A program made the translations under genes and the position numbers. A stretch of 64,000 nt of DNA, from the NCBI GenBank assembly GCA_947626095.1, contig CANQQV010000005.1, forward strand, positions 1 to 64,000. The letters run 5' to 3'. Under the pieces are notes generated by a model. The model saw nothing but the letters and a program-made list of their open reading frames with translations, did not search any database and was not told the DNA's origin. Origin of the DNA: an uncultured Bacilli bacterium (lineage in GTDB: Bacteria > Bacillota_I > Bacilli_A > RF39 > UBA660). Positions 8,890 through 19,422 of this stretch are shown piece after piece (positions within the stretch are counted from its first letter, which is position 1; each line of letters begins with the position of its first letter).

Positions 8890-9339
8890 TTAGAATGGTA
8901 GGTCGTCATCACTTAAAGCTACTTCACTACCGAAATCTTTGAATGGATCTTCGCTTATATCTGTTGTAGCTATATCGTTTTCAGGACCTACATAATTATT
9001 ACTAGAATCGCCAACATCTGTATTTCTTCCACCTAGGAAAGTAACATTGTCAGCAATAATCTCTGTTACATATCTTTTCGTTCCATCTTGAGCGTCATAA
9101 TTTCTAGTTTGGATTCTTCCTTCAACAGCTACTTGTGTACCTTTCTTACAATATTTAGCAACATTTTCAGCTTGCTTACGCCAAGTAACACAATTTAAGA
9201 AATCTGTATCTCTTTCACCACTTTGATTGGTGTAGTTACGTGATACAGCTACAGTAAATGTTGTGGAATTAACACCACTAGCAGTTGTACGCATTTCTGG
9301 GTCTCTAGTTAATCTACCGATAATAATCGCTTTATTCAT
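8890..9339 (-). CDS. ssb: Single-stranded DNA-binding protein
   Basis: MNKAIIIGRLTRDPE; C-terminal DDDLPF. Confidence 0.98.
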   Translation of the reverse strand: MNKAIIIGRLTRDPEMRTTASGVNSTTFTVAVSRNYTNQSGERDTDFLNCVTWRKQAENVAKYCKKGTQVAVEGRIQTRNYDAQDGTKRYVTEIIADNVTFLGGRNTDVGDSSNNYVGPENDIATTDISEDPFKDFGSEVALSDDDLPF

Positions 9340-9347
9340 AACTTATC

Positions 9348-9638
9348 TTACTCCTCATCTAATTTAACAATTAAATGTCTTAGAACGTTTTCATCAAGTC
9401 CAGCTTTACGGCTTAATTCAGCTTCAGTTTCTTTTGTTGCTTCTATTTCCATTACGAAATAGTAACCATTAAGTTCTTTTTTGATAGGATATGCTAATTT
9501 CTTTTCACCTAATTCTTTGAATTCAGTAACATTTCCTCCACAAGAACTAACAACTTTTTTCATATTTTCAGCTGTAGCTTTAACTTGGTCGCTTTCCATT
9601 GTTGCTTTAACAATGAACATCATTTCATATTTGTTCAT
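9348..9638 (-). CDS. rpsF: 30S ribosomal protein S6
   Basis: True start MNKYEMMFI at 9638 with AGGAGG RBS; GEKKLAYPIKK, VLRHLIVK. Confidence 0.97.
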   Translation of the reverse strand: MNKYEMMFIVKATMESDQVKATAENMKKVVSSCGGNVTEFKELGEKKLAYPIKKELNGYYFVMEIEATKETEAELSRKAGLDENVLRHLIVKLDEE

Positions 9639-9641
9639 ATT

Positions 9642-9692
9642 GCACCTCCTTATGGTCTTTTCGGCTTTATATCCAGTATAAAGCAAGGAGTA
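9642..9692 (-). promoter_or_regulatory. S6:S18 ribosomal protein leader RNA
   Basis: Minus strand CTCCTT-GCTTTAT...ATAAAGC-CG...AAGGAGG: anti-SD pairing, a hairpin and a CCG motif as in Firmicutes rpsF leaders; preceded by TTTACA-17-TGcTATAAT (9711-9739). Confidence 0.75.
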
Positions 9693-9742
9693 ATTTTCTT
9701 ACTCGCTCATATTATAGCATGGGCTTTTGGTATTGTAAAGTT

Positions 9743-10549
9743 TTATTTTGCTTTCTTTTTATGGGCTTTTTTCGTTGTTTTTGTTACTGGTTGGGGTTTA
9801 TCTAACTCTGCTAGTAGCGCTAATTCATTATTACGTTTTCTAATTAGTTGATATAGTAATATTGCTATTATGACACCAGTTACTTCAATAGTTATAAATG
9901 GTGGGAAGCTTTCAATAAATGGATATAATGCTCTTATATTAGCAGGTATTTCACTGGAGTAAATATAGTTCATATTAAAGATATAGTTAAATGGCATCAT
10001 AAGAAGAACTAAACAGTTGGTAAAGATGAAAGCTTTAATTATATCTTTAATTCCTATTTTGTAATTTAAAGCAAAGTAGGAAAAGAAACTAGCACAAATA
10101 AATATATGATGAGAAATAAAATATTTCCAGAAATTAAAGTCATCAAAAGTTGATGGTAAATCAGGCCATAAGATGGCAGGAATAGGACCAATAAATGATA
10201 AGAATAAGGTGTATTTTAAAATCCATTCTTTGTTAAACAAAATACCATACATAAACATGTAACCAGAAATAAAGCACAATTGAAATGGTAAATGAATTTT
10301 ATAATCAAAATAGCCAAAGACATGAGGAGCTATATTATAAATAATCATGTTGATTAACATTAGGATAGCTGAGGATTTTAAAATGATTTTTTTAGTTTTG
10401 TCATTCATAGCTGATATTCGGTTACGATTTAAATAAATTATTATTAATACTATAACAACTAAAATTATACATAAACAATGAATAAAGCCAAATTCTTTAA
10501 AAGGAATAAAAGGATTGTCATTTCTAAAAAATTCTCTAATATACTTCAT
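9743..10549 (-). CDS. YwaF/TMEM164-family integral membrane protein
   Basis: Multi-TM; HLPFQLC, FISHH and NYIY motifs. Confidence 0.8.
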   Translation of the reverse strand: MKYIREFFRNDNPFIPFKEFGFIHCLCIILVVIVLIIIYLNRNRISAMNDKTKKIILKSSAILMLINMIIYNIAPHVFGYFDYKIHLPFQLCFISGYMFMYGILFNKEWILKYTLFLSFIGPIPAILWPDLPSTFDDFNFWKYFISHHIFICASFFSYFALNYKIGIKDIIKAFIFTNCLVLLMMPFNYIFNMNYIYSSEIPANIRALYPFIESFPPFITIEVTGVIIAILLYQLIRKRNNELALLAELDKPQPVTKTTKKAHKKKAK

Positions 10550-10554
10550 ATATT

Positions 10555-11664
10555 TTATTTACTAACATTAAATCTAAAGTAACATATATCACCATCCTGC
10601 ATAACGTAGTCTTTTCCTTCTAATCTTAGTTTACCAGCTTCTTGAACAGCTTTTTCAGAACCTAATCTGGCTAAGTCGTCATATGACATTACTTCAGCTT
10701 TAATAAATCCTTTTTGGAAGTCGGTATGAATTATACCAGCACATTCAGGAGCTTTCATTCCTGTCTTAAATGTCCAAGCACGACATTCATCTTGACCTGA
10801 CGTGAAGAAAGTTTTTAAACCTAATAGTTCATATGTAGCTTTGATTAATAAATCTAAACCGGAAGCATTTAAACCTAAATCTTCCATAAAGGCTACTCTT
10901 TCTTCTTCAGTATAATCAGTTAATTCACTTTCTAACTTAGCACACATAATAATTACTTTTGAGCCTTCTTTATCGGCATAATCAGTTACTTGTTTAGTGA
11001 AATTATTACCACCTGCAATAGCATCTTCTTCATTAACATTGGCAGCATAGATAATCTTTTTTAAAGTAATAAAGTTAAAACCAGATAAACATGTTAATTC
11101 ATCATCAGTATATTCAATATTTCTTAAAGCAGTTCCACTTTCTAGAGCTTCTTTAGATTTTCTTAAAGCATTTAATTCAAGTAGCGATTGTTTATCTTTT
11201 GTGGTTTCAGCTTTCTTTTCAATTTTACTAATACGACTTTCAACTATTTCTAAATCAGCTAAAATCAACTCAGTGTTGATTATCTCAATATCTCTAATTG
11301 GATCAATTGTTCCTTCAACGTGAGTTATTTCGCCATCTTCAAAACATCTTACTACTTCAACTATGGCATCTACTTCTCTAATGTGAGATAAGAATTTGTT
11401 ACCTAGTCCTTCACCAGTTGATGCACCTTTTACTAAGCCTGCAATATCAGTAAATTCAAAAGTTGTTGGAACTAGTTTCTTAGGTTGATACATTTCGTTT
11501 AATTTATCTAATCTTGCATCAGGAACAGTTACAACACCAACATTTGGTTCAATTGTAGCAAATGGGTAATTAGCTGCTAGAGCATCTTGTTTTTTTGTTA
11601 TTGCATTAAATAATGTAGATTTACCAACGTTTGGTAATCCAACTATGCCAGCTTTTAATGACAT
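10555..11664 (-). CDS. ychF: Redox-regulated ATPase YchF
   Basis: GIVGLPNVGKST, ANYPFATIEPN, DIAGLV, TGS domain. Confidence 0.98.
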   Translation of the reverse strand: MSLKAGIVGLPNVGKSTLFNAITKKQDALAANYPFATIEPNVGVVTVPDARLDKLNEMYQPKKLVPTTFEFTDIAGLVKGASTGEGLGNKFLSHIREVDAIVEVVRCFEDGEITHVEGTIDPIRDIEIINTELILADLEIVESRISKIEKKAETTKDKQSLLELNALRKSKEALESGTALRNIEYTDDELTCLSGFNFITLKKIIYAANVNEEDAIAGGNNFTKQVTDYADKEGSKVIIMCAKLESELTDYTEEERVAFMEDLGLNASGLDLLIKATYELLGLKTFFTSGQDECRAWTFKTGMKAPECAGIIHTDFQKGFIKAEVMSYDDLARLGSEKAVQEAGKLRLEGKDYVMQDGDICYFRFNVSK

Positions 11665-11722
11665 AATTAACACCTCAATTCATTAGTTATTATATAAAAA
11701 AACAATTGATAGTTCAATTGTT

Positions 11723-13255
11723 TTATGTTGTTATAGCTCCACCGATGCCGATTGGAATACCTATTAGGTACCAACCAATTACTAAAGCTAGTAGTAAAGC
11801 ACCAACAACGATACCATATACCCATTGATATCTTAAAGTTCTAAATAAACTGATCGGATTATCTTGTTGATTGTATTTTTCTAGGTAAGCAATGTATATT
11901 GTAAAATAAGCTAGTAATGGAGTTAAACCAATAGTCATACATTCACCGAAACGCATTATTACTTGGGCAAATTCAGGACTTAAACTATTATTCATAAAGG
12001 CTGGAATAGCAGTAGTGGAAATAATCGCCCACTTACTAGTTGAGCCGGTTAGGAATAAAGTTGATAAGGCACTAACAAGGAATAAAGCAATGATAAGGGA
12101 TATTCCTGATAGTGATGAATTACCAATAAAATTAGATAAGGTAACAGCAATAACTGTACCAATATTACTCTTTTTAAAAATATTAATTAGGATTGAACCA
12201 AGTAATATTAAGATTAAGGTACGACCAGTTCCATCTAAAGAATGGGTTAAATCTTCACAGAAGTCATTATTGTTTTTAATAGTTTTAGCACCAATTCCAT
12301 AAGCTAAACCTAAGATGATAAAGAAAATAGTGACAATGAAGACGAAACCATTACTAAAGAAGGAATCGTAACTAAATAATTTATCAATATAGAATTTTTG
12401 ACTATAATCTAATAAATTACCAGAAAATGGTAAACCAGGAATTATATTATAAATAAAGATTAATAAATATATAGCTCCAGCAGTTATTGAGAATATTAAA
12501 CCACGGTATTCTCTTTTGCCTAAACGAAGTTCTTTTTTCTCATCTTTAAATTCATATTTTTCAACATTATTAACACTTATTTTTTCAGTAATAATGGTTA
12601 TAACTATAGAAACTAAGATTACTGCTACGGTCATAATAAAGATAAAACACATAGTAGATAAAGTATAGTTCATATCAATGTTTGTAGCATTAACAATAGT
12701 ATATCTAAGCATTTCGCTATCAATAGATGTTAGAAGAATACTAATACCACTACCAGCAGTTAAGGCAGCATAAACAGCGACTATTCCGAGTAATGGGTTA
12801 CGCCTTCCATAACTAAACATTAAAGCAGCAATAGGAATCATAATTACGTATCCTAAATCACCAACTATACTAGATATGATACTTAATAAAACTAACCAAA
12901 AGGTTATGGTATATCTTTTACAATACTTAGTAAGAATAGTAAATGTTGTTTTAATAAACCCACTTTTTTCCATAATACCGATACCAATAAGAACGATTAT
13001 TAACATACTTAATGGTGTAAAGGCGGTAAAGTTAGAAACAGTAGAAGTAAAGATGTATTTAATTCCACTTAAACTAAATAACGATTCAACACTTTCTGAT
13101 GTAACAGTATATTCACTAGTAACAGGGTCTATTTTATTATATGTTGCTTCAAAACCAATGAGGTTTAAGAAACCACTTAAGACAATTGTTAAGAGAATTA
13201 GGATAAGAAAAGTCATTACGGGGTTTAAAGTTATTTTTTCTTTAAATTTATTCAT
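11723..13255 (-). CDS. AbgT-family transporter (divergent)
   Basis: VSNFTAFTPL, GRRNPLLG, SKWAI, MRFGEC...TPL motifs; many TM helices. Confidence 0.8.
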   Translation of the reverse strand: MNKFKEKITLNPVMTFLILILLTIVLSGFLNLIGFEATYNKIDPVTSEYTVTSESVESLFSLSGIKYIFTSTVSNFTAFTPLSMLIIVLIGIGIMEKSGFIKTTFTILTKYCKRYTITFWLVLLSIISSIVGDLGYVIMIPIAALMFSYGRRNPLLGIVAVYAALTAGSGISILLTSIDSEMLRYTIVNATNIDMNYTLSTMCFIFIMTVAVILVSIVITIITEKISVNNVEKYEFKDEKKELRLGKREYRGLIFSITAGAIYLLIFIYNIIPGLPFSGNLLDYSQKFYIDKLFSYDSFFSNGFVFIVTIFFIILGLAYGIGAKTIKNNNDFCEDLTHSLDGTGRTLILILLGSILINIFKKSNIGTVIAVTLSNFIGNSSLSGISLIIALFLVSALSTLFLTGSTSKWAIISTTAIPAFMNNSLSPEFAQVIMRFGECMTIGLTPLLAYFTIYIAYLEKYNQQDNPISLFRTLRYQWVYGIVVGALLLALVIGWYLIGIPIGIGGAITT

Positions 13256-13442
13256 CTTGTCCTCCTAATACTTTTTTTAATTTCTTCTCGAATTCAAGAC
13301 GATCCATCATTATTTCACGGTTACAATTAACACATTTAATTTTGATATCAACGCCCATACGAGTTATTTGCCATTTATTAGTACCACAAGCGTGGTTTTT
13401 TTTCATTTCAACAAGATCATTTAATTTATAGTTATTTTTCAT
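13248..13442 (-). CDS. DUF951 (YyzM-like) protein
   Basis: VEMKKNHACGTNKW...MGVDIKIKCVNCNR. Confidence 0.88.
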   Translation of the reverse strand: MKNNYKLNDLVEMKKNHACGTNKWQITRMGVDIKIKCVNCNREIMMDRLEFEKKLKKVLGGQDE

Positions 13443-14250
13443 AATGTACCTCCAATTGAGGATATGGAATACTAATATTATGTTTACCAAATTCAATTAA
13501 GACGATTTTATTAGCGTCCCTTTTAGCTTGCCATTGTTGATCTCTTTTACAAGAAAAACTAATTAAGTATTTAACGCATGATTCAGCTAAATCATTAACA
13601 CCTAAATATTTAACAGAATCCTTGTTAACATTTTCGATATTTTTAAACTTAGGTAAAATATCCTTGTTTATTATTTTTTCAATTGTTTCAACTGGTTGTT
13701 CATATGGCAAGCAAATATTATACAATACATTTTGCTCTTTTTGGGATAAATTGTTAATTTCCATTATATTACGATTGGCAATAACCATTATTTCACCATT
13801 GGCATTTTTTAATTTAGTAGTTTTTAAACCAAATTCTAATACTTCACCAGTAAAATTATTATAAGTTACGATATCGCCAACAATAAAATAATTTTCAGCA
13901 ATAATATTAATACCATTAATGATATCTTTAAAAGTATCTTGTAATGCTAAACCTAAGATGGTTCCAGCAATTCCTAGTCCAGTTATTAGGCCTTTTACAT
14001 TAACACCATAGATACTTAATATTGTTAAAGCGGCAATTATAACAATTAAATATTTAATAACATTTTTAAATAAGTTAGTAATAGTTTTGCGTTTTTTCTT
14101 TTCATAATCTACTTTACCATAGTTAATAACTTCTTCAAAAAGAATAACTAGAGTTTTATAGATAAAGTATGAAATAGAAAGCGTTATGACAACACCATAT
14201 ACTTCTTTTTTAGTTATTATATTTAATATTGCCTTAAGAAACTCGATCAT
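13432..14250 (-). CDS. Small-conductance mechanosensitive channel (MscS family)
   Basis: GLGIAGTILGLALQD, GEVLEFGLKTT, ISIPYPQ. Confidence 0.92.
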   Translation of the reverse strand: MIEFLKAILNIITKKEVYGVVITLSISYFIYKTLVILFEEVINYGKVDYEKKKRKTITNLFKNVIKYLIVIIAALTILSIYGVNVKGLITGLGIAGTILGLALQDTFKDIINGINIIAENYFIVGDIVTYNNFTGEVLEFGLKTTKLKNANGEIMVIANRNIMEINNLSQKEQNVLYNICLPYEQPVETIEKIINKDILPKFKNIENVNKDSVKYLGVNDLAESCVKYLISFSCKRDQQWQAKRDANKIVLIEFGKHNISIPYPQLEVHYEK

Positions 14251-15140
14251 TATTCACCATCCATGTTAATACCAAGGATTTCTAATATTCGATCTAAATC
14301 ACTATCAGAATCAAAAGGTATTTCTATTTTACGATTATTTATTTTGACTCTTGTGCCAATCTTTTCGCGCATTACACCTTCATACATATTGTATTTAGGA
14401 TTATAGATAGGAGTCCTTTTTATCTTATTAGTTTTAGGCATTTCAGCAGCACTTGTTAGTTTTTCGGTTTCACGTACGCTTAATCCTTCTTCGATTATTT
14501 TATTAGCTATTTCATCAATTTGTTCAGAGTCAGATAGTTTACTTAGAACACGAGCATGACCCATAGATATTTTACCTTCTTGAACATATTTTTTAGTTGT
14601 AGATGGAAGGCGTAATAAACCTAATAAATTAGTAATGTAGCTACGACTCTTACCAAATTTTTTAGCTACTTCTTCTTGAGTAAATTTATTATCTTCAATT
14701 ATCTTGTTAAAAGCTTCAGCTTCTTCAATTGGATTTAAGTCTTCACGTTGAATATTTTCTAGTAAAGCAACTTCCATCATTTCTTGATCGGTAAAATCTC
14801 TAACGATAGCAGGAATAGTTGTTTTACCAGCCATTTTAGAAGCTCTAGTTCTTCTTTCACCAGCGATTAATTCATAACCTTTGATACTTTTTTTAACGAT
14901 AATTGGTTGAATAACACCATGTTCTTTAATACTTTCAGCAAATTCTCTTAATGATTCTTCATCAAAGTCTTTACGAGGTTGATAAGGGTTACTACGTATT
15001 TCAGTTAGAGGGATTTCGATAATATCCCCTTCTTTGGTAGCATCATTAACTATTTTCTTTTCAAAGTTATCGAAATCAATTACTTCGTTTGAAAACAGTT
15101 GTTCTAGTCCTTTACCTAGGGCTTTTCTCTTACTCTCCAT
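14250..15140 (-). CDS. parB: Chromosome partitioning protein ParB/Spo0J
   Basis: KALGKGL, NPYQPR, AGERR, ENIQREDL, HTH KSRSYITN, SMGHAR. Confidence 0.96.
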   Translation of the reverse strand: MESKRKALGKGLEQLFSNEVIDFDNFEKKIVNDATKEGDIIEIPLTEIRSNPYQPRKDFDEESLREFAESIKEHGVIQPIIVKKSIKGYELIAGERRTRASKMAGKTTIPAIVRDFTDQEMMEVALLENIQREDLNPIEEAEAFNKIIEDNKFTQEEVAKKFGKSRSYITNLLGLLRLPSTTKKYVQEGKISMGHARVLSKLSDSEQIDEIANKIIEEGLSVRETEKLTSAAEMPKTNKIKRTPIYNPKYNMYEGVMREKIGTRVKINNRKIEIPFDSDSDLDRILEILGINMDGE

Positions 15141-15915
15141 TTCGACTAATCACTTCCTTTGCTAAATTTTGATATGCTAAAGTTGCTCGACTCTCTGGTT
15201 CATAATCGCTGATTGGTTTACCATGAGATGGAGCTTCAGCTAATCTTACTAGTCTGGGAATAATTGTATTAAATACTTTATTTTTAAAATACTTTCTTAC
15301 TTCTTCAATTACTTCTAAGCCAATGTTCGTACGACCATCTAGCATCGTTAGGAGTACACCTTCAATACGAAGGTTGGGATTCATATTAGATTGAACCATA
15401 ATAATTGTATTTAGTAGTTGAGTAATTCCTTCAAGAGCATAGAATTCACATTGAACAGGAATGATAATTGAATCACTAGCTACTAGAGCATTGATTGTTG
15501 TATTACCTAAAGATGGCTGACAATCAATTATAATATAATCAAATTCTTCTTTAATTGGTTCTAATGCATTTTTTAGCTGTTCATTTAGTTTAAATGATGA
15601 ATTTTCTAACATATTTTTGATAAACTCTACATCTAAACCAGCTAATTCGATAGTTGATGGGATTATATATAAATTTTTAAATTTAGTTTTAATAACTGCT
15701 TCTTTAGCTGTACAAGCCCCCATCATTACTTCATATATATCATGATTAAAGTCACCTGTATTGTAACCTAAGCCAGTTGAAGCATTACCTTGAGAGTCTA
15801 AATCGATAAGAAGAGTTTTTTTACCTTCTTTACCTAAAGCAGCTGCTAAATTTATACTTGATGTTGTTTTACCAACCCCACCTTTTTGATTTGCTATCGA
15901 AATAATTTTTGCCAT
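15130..15915 (-). CDS. parA: ParA/Soj ATPase
   Basis: NQKGGVGKTT deviant Walker A; LAEAPSHG. Confidence 0.96.
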   Translation of the reverse strand: MAKIISIANQKGGVGKTTSSINLAAALGKEGKKTLLIDLDSQGNASTGLGYNTGDFNHDIYEVMMGACTAKEAVIKTKFKNLYIIPSTIELAGLDVEFIKNMLENSSFKLNEQLKNALEPIKEEFDYIIIDCQPSLGNTTINALVASDSIIIPVQCEFYALEGITQLLNTIIMVQSNMNPNLRIEGVLLTMLDGRTNIGLEVIEEVRKYFKNKVFNTIIPRLVRLAEAPSHGKPISDYEPESRATLAYQNLAKEVISRNGE

Positions 15916-16041
15916 CTTATGTACCACCTTTTTTATGTATCATTTCTCTAAATAATTTTATCATATATATGATGAAATGTCATAAACTTTTAATAAATTT
16001 ATGAGAAGAAAAAAGGAAAACTTTTTTTATTCGTTTCCCTT

Positions 16042-18018
16042 TTATTTTTCTTCATTTAGAGCTTCTTCAAGTTCTTCTTTAGTCATTTTGTTGTAACCTT
16101 TAATACCTTTTTCTTTGGCTTGTTCTCTTAAGTCATCGATTGATACTTCTTTTACTTCTTCTTTTTTGTCGTCGAATAGCTTTGGATCTATTTTACCATT
16201 TTCGACTAATGAATCAATTTGTTCTTTAGTTAATGTTTCATGTTCCATTAAAGCATCAGCAATTAGTAATACTAAAGTTTCATGTTTAGCTAATAACTTT
16301 TTAGCATCTTTATAACAACTTTCAAGAATTTTTCTTACTTCTTGGTCAATTTCTAAAGCTACTTGATCAGAGAAGTCTCTTGATTTAGCATAGTCTCTTC
16401 CTAAGAAGACACCTTCTTGTTTTTCTTCTAATTGAATTGGTCCTAAGTCACTCATACCATATTCAGTAACCATTGAACGAGCAATCTTAGTAGCACGTTT
16501 TAAGTCGTCAGATGCACCAGTTGTGATTTCACCCATAAAGGTTTCTTCACTAGCACGACCACCCAATAAACCAGTTATTTGACCAATTAATTCATCTTTA
16601 GTCATAATACCAATTTTTTCTTCTTTTGGAAGCATCATGGTATATCCACCAGCAACACCACGTGGAATAATGGTAATTTTATGAACTTCTTGCGCATCTT
16701 GATGTTTTAAACCGATTACAGCGTGACCAGCTTCATGGATGGCAACTAAACGTTTTTCTTTATCTGTTATTTTTCTTGAAGTTTTAGCAGGGCCTAATAA
16801 GACTCTATCCGTAGCTTCATCAATTTCTTCCATTGTTATAGCATCTTTATTTCTTCTTACAGCAAGTAAAGCTGCTTCATTAAGTAAGTTTTCTAGGTCA
16901 GCACCACTATAACCTGGAGTTCTTTTACTAACGTTCTTTAAATTAACATCGTCAGCAAATATTTTATTACGAGCATGAACTTTTAAGATATCTTCTCTTT
17001 CATTTGAATCAGGTAAACTAACAGTTACTTGTCTATCGAATCTACCTGGACGTAATAAGGCTGGATCTAGAACATCTGGACGGTTAGTAGCTGCGATAAT
17101 GATAATTCCTTCATTAGCACCAAAGCCATCCATTTCAGTAAGTAATTGGTTAAGGGTTTGTTCACGTTCATCGTGTCCACCACCTAAGCCAGTACCTCTT
17201 TGACGACCAACAGCATCGATTTCATCAATAAAGATTAAACATGGTGCAGTTTGTTTAGCTTGTTTAAACATATCTCTAACACGTGAGGCACCTACACCAA
17301 CGAATAATTCAACGAAATCAGAACCACTTATATAATAAAATGGAACGTTGGCTTCACCAGCAACAGCTTTAGCAAGTAAAGTTTTACCTGTTCCTGGAGG
17401 ACCTACTAATAAAACGCCTTTAGGAATACGTGCACCTAATTTTTGGAATTTCTTAGGATTCTTTAAGAAGTCGATTAATTCTTGAACCTCTTCTTTTTCT
17501 TCTTTTAAACCAGCAACATCTTTGAATCTAACTTCGCCACCATCATCACTTAATTTAGCACGGCTGCGACCAAAATCCATAGATTTGTTATTGCCAGCTG
17601 CTAATCTAGTAAACATGAAGTAAGCAGCTACAACGATGATTAGAATTGGTAAGAAGTTTACGATAATATAAAGTAAGTCGTTTGAACCTGGATCTTTATT
17701 AGTTTCGTATTCTTTAATCTTTTGGTCTTTAGCATACTCAGTTATCGTATTTATTTCTTCACTAATAACACGAGCTGTAAAAGATTCACCATCTTTATAA
17801 TCTTTTAATTTACCTTCAACTATATATATACTCTCACTACTTTTGGGAGTAATAGTTATCTCGGTAACATTCTTATCTTTTATTTCAGATATTAATTCGC
17901 CTGTTTTTAATTCATGTGGTTTTTGATCTCTATTCATAAAGAATAAAGCACCAACAAGAACAATAGCTATTACAATGTAAGGCATCATTGCCATTAATGC
18001 ATTATTTTTCTTTTTCAT
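16042..18018 (-). CDS. ftsH: ATP-dependent zinc metalloprotease FtsH with a Rho_N-like C-terminal tail
   Basis: Two TM helices, [13 protein letters not shown]; tail [29 protein letters not shown]. Confidence 0.97.
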   Translation of the reverse strand: MKKKNNALMAMMPYIVIAIVLVGALFFMNRDQKPHELKTGELISEIKDKNVTEITITPKSSESIYIVEGKLKDYKDGESFTARVISEEINTITEYAKDQKIKEYETNKDPGSNDLLYIIVNFLPILIIVVAAYFMFTRLAAGNNKSMDFGRSRAKLSDDGGEVRFKDVAGLKEEKEEVQELIDFLKNPKKFQKLGARIPKGVLLVGPPGTGKTLLAKAVAGEANVPFYYISGSDFVELFVGVGASRVRDMFKQAKQTAPCLIFIDEIDAVGRQRGTGLGGGHDEREQTLNQLLTEMDGFGANEGIIIIAATNRPDVLDPALLRPGRFDRQVTVSLPDSNEREDILKVHARNKIFADDVNLKNVSKRTPGYSGADLENLLNEAALLAVRRNKDAITMEEIDEATDRVLLGPAKTSRKITDKEKRLVAIHEAGHAVIGLKHQDAQEVHKITIIPRGVAGGYTMMLPKEEKIGIMTKDELIGQITGLLGGRASEETFMGEITTGASDDLKRATKIARSMVTEYGMSDLGPIQLEEKQEGVFLGRDYAKSRDFSDQVALEIDQEVRKILESCYKDAKKLLAKHETLVLLIADALMEHETLTKEQIDSLVENGKIDPKLFDDKKEEVKEVSIDDLREQAKEKGIKGYNKMTKEELEEALNEEK

Positions 18019-18049
18019 ATTTGTCTCCTTCGTATAAATCTGCATAAAA

Positions 18050-19369
18050 TTAATTATACCATAGTATTATATCATATATTTCATTATTTGATTTAGCAAA
18101 TTTAGATTTTTTTATACCTGGTAACCAGATAATATTATTATCGCTATCAACAAGGATGGGTAAAGTGTCTCTTTTAGCTTGTGGTAGCTTGCTATCAATA
18201 AAGATATCTTTGAGTTTTTTTGGTGAGGTCATATTTTTAATGATCATTTTATCACCAGGTTCTCTTGTTCTAATATATAATGGTAAAGTTAATTCTTTAC
18301 TATTCAATTTTATGTAATAATTAGTATTTTTAGCAGTATCTTTTATTTTAGTAATATGTCGGCCATTAGGAAGTAAGTTATCTTCTTGAAGTTCAAACTT
18401 ATATTTTTCTTTATTTAATTTTTCTTTCGTAAATAATAAATTATTATAAGACTTTATAGCTAGTAAGTTATCGGGAAGATTAGTTTTAATATTGGGTTTA
18501 GGATTATTAATAATTTCCAGTAACATATTAACATGTTTATCACTTACTAAGTAGAGATTATGATAATAGTTATCATCTAGGATATATTCAATTATTTTAG
18601 TTTGAATAAGATTGTCTAACTTAGAGAAGCCTTTTAGATTTAAAGTTTTATTTTGATAACGTTTATTTATTTCTTTTTGGACTTGTTTATCAACATAAGT
18701 TACATATTTATCTAATTCATTACTATATTTAATATATTTTAAATGAATATCTTTGTTTTCTTCCTTTAAAAAAGGTAAGATGTTATGACGATATCTATTT
18801 CTAGTATGTTCATCTTCTAAATTAGTTTGGTCGATAACATAGGGAATATTATTATCTTGATTATACTTTTCTATTTCTTTTTTAGTCATAAAGATTAATG
18901 GTTTAATAACAGTTAATTCTCTTTTTTTAGACTTAACTTGAAAACCAGAATAACCTCTTAAATTAGACCCACGTGATATACGCATTAGAATAGTTTCTAC
19001 TAAATCATCACCATGATGAGCAGTAAACAAGTATTTAGCTTGATATTTGTTAATTACATCAGCAAAATAAGCATATCTTTTTTCTCGTAGTTCTTGTTCA
19101 TTATAATCTTCTTCATTGCTTTTTTTAGCAAAGGTTGTTGTTTCTAAGATAAGATTTTTATCTTGGCAATAATCAGTAATAAATTCTTGTTCTTTAAGAC
19201 TTTCTTTTCTAAGGCCATGATTAATATGAGCACATACAATTTTAAGCTTTTTATTTAAAGATAGAATAATATTAAGTAAGCACATAGAATCAGGGCCACC
19301 TGATAAACCAAGGACAATAGTATCATTATCTTGCAATAAATTATTTAGATAAGCTATTGTTTCATGCAT
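18050..19369 (-). CDS. tilS: tRNA(Ile)-lysidine synthetase
   Basis: SGGPDS PP-loop, TAHHGDD, RNRYRH, C-terminal KKLKDIFID. Confidence 0.95.
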   Translation of the reverse strand: MHETIAYLNNLLQDNDTIVLGLSGGPDSMCLLNIILSLNKKLKIVCAHINHGLRKESLKEQEFITDYCQDKNLILETTTFAKKSNEEDYNEQELREKRYAYFADVINKYQAKYLFTAHHGDDLVETILMRISRGSNLRGYSGFQVKSKKRELTVIKPLIFMTKKEIEKYNQDNNIPYVIDQTNLEDEHTRNRYRHNILPFLKEENKDIHLKYIKYSNELDKYVTYVDKQVQKEINKRYQNKTLNLKGFSKLDNLIQTKIIEYILDDNYYHNLYLVSDKHVNMLLEIINNPKPNIKTNLPDNLLAIKSYNNLLFTKEKLNKEKYKFELQEDNLLPNGRHITKIKDTAKNTNYYIKLNSKELTLPLYIRTREPGDKMIIKNMTSPKKLKDIFIDSKLPQAKRDTLPILVDSDNNIIWLPGIKKSKFAKSNNEIYDIILWYN

Positions 19370-19422
19370 AATAATCCCTCTTTTTCGAGTATTTTATATT
19401 AATAAGTTCTTTAAATCAATAG

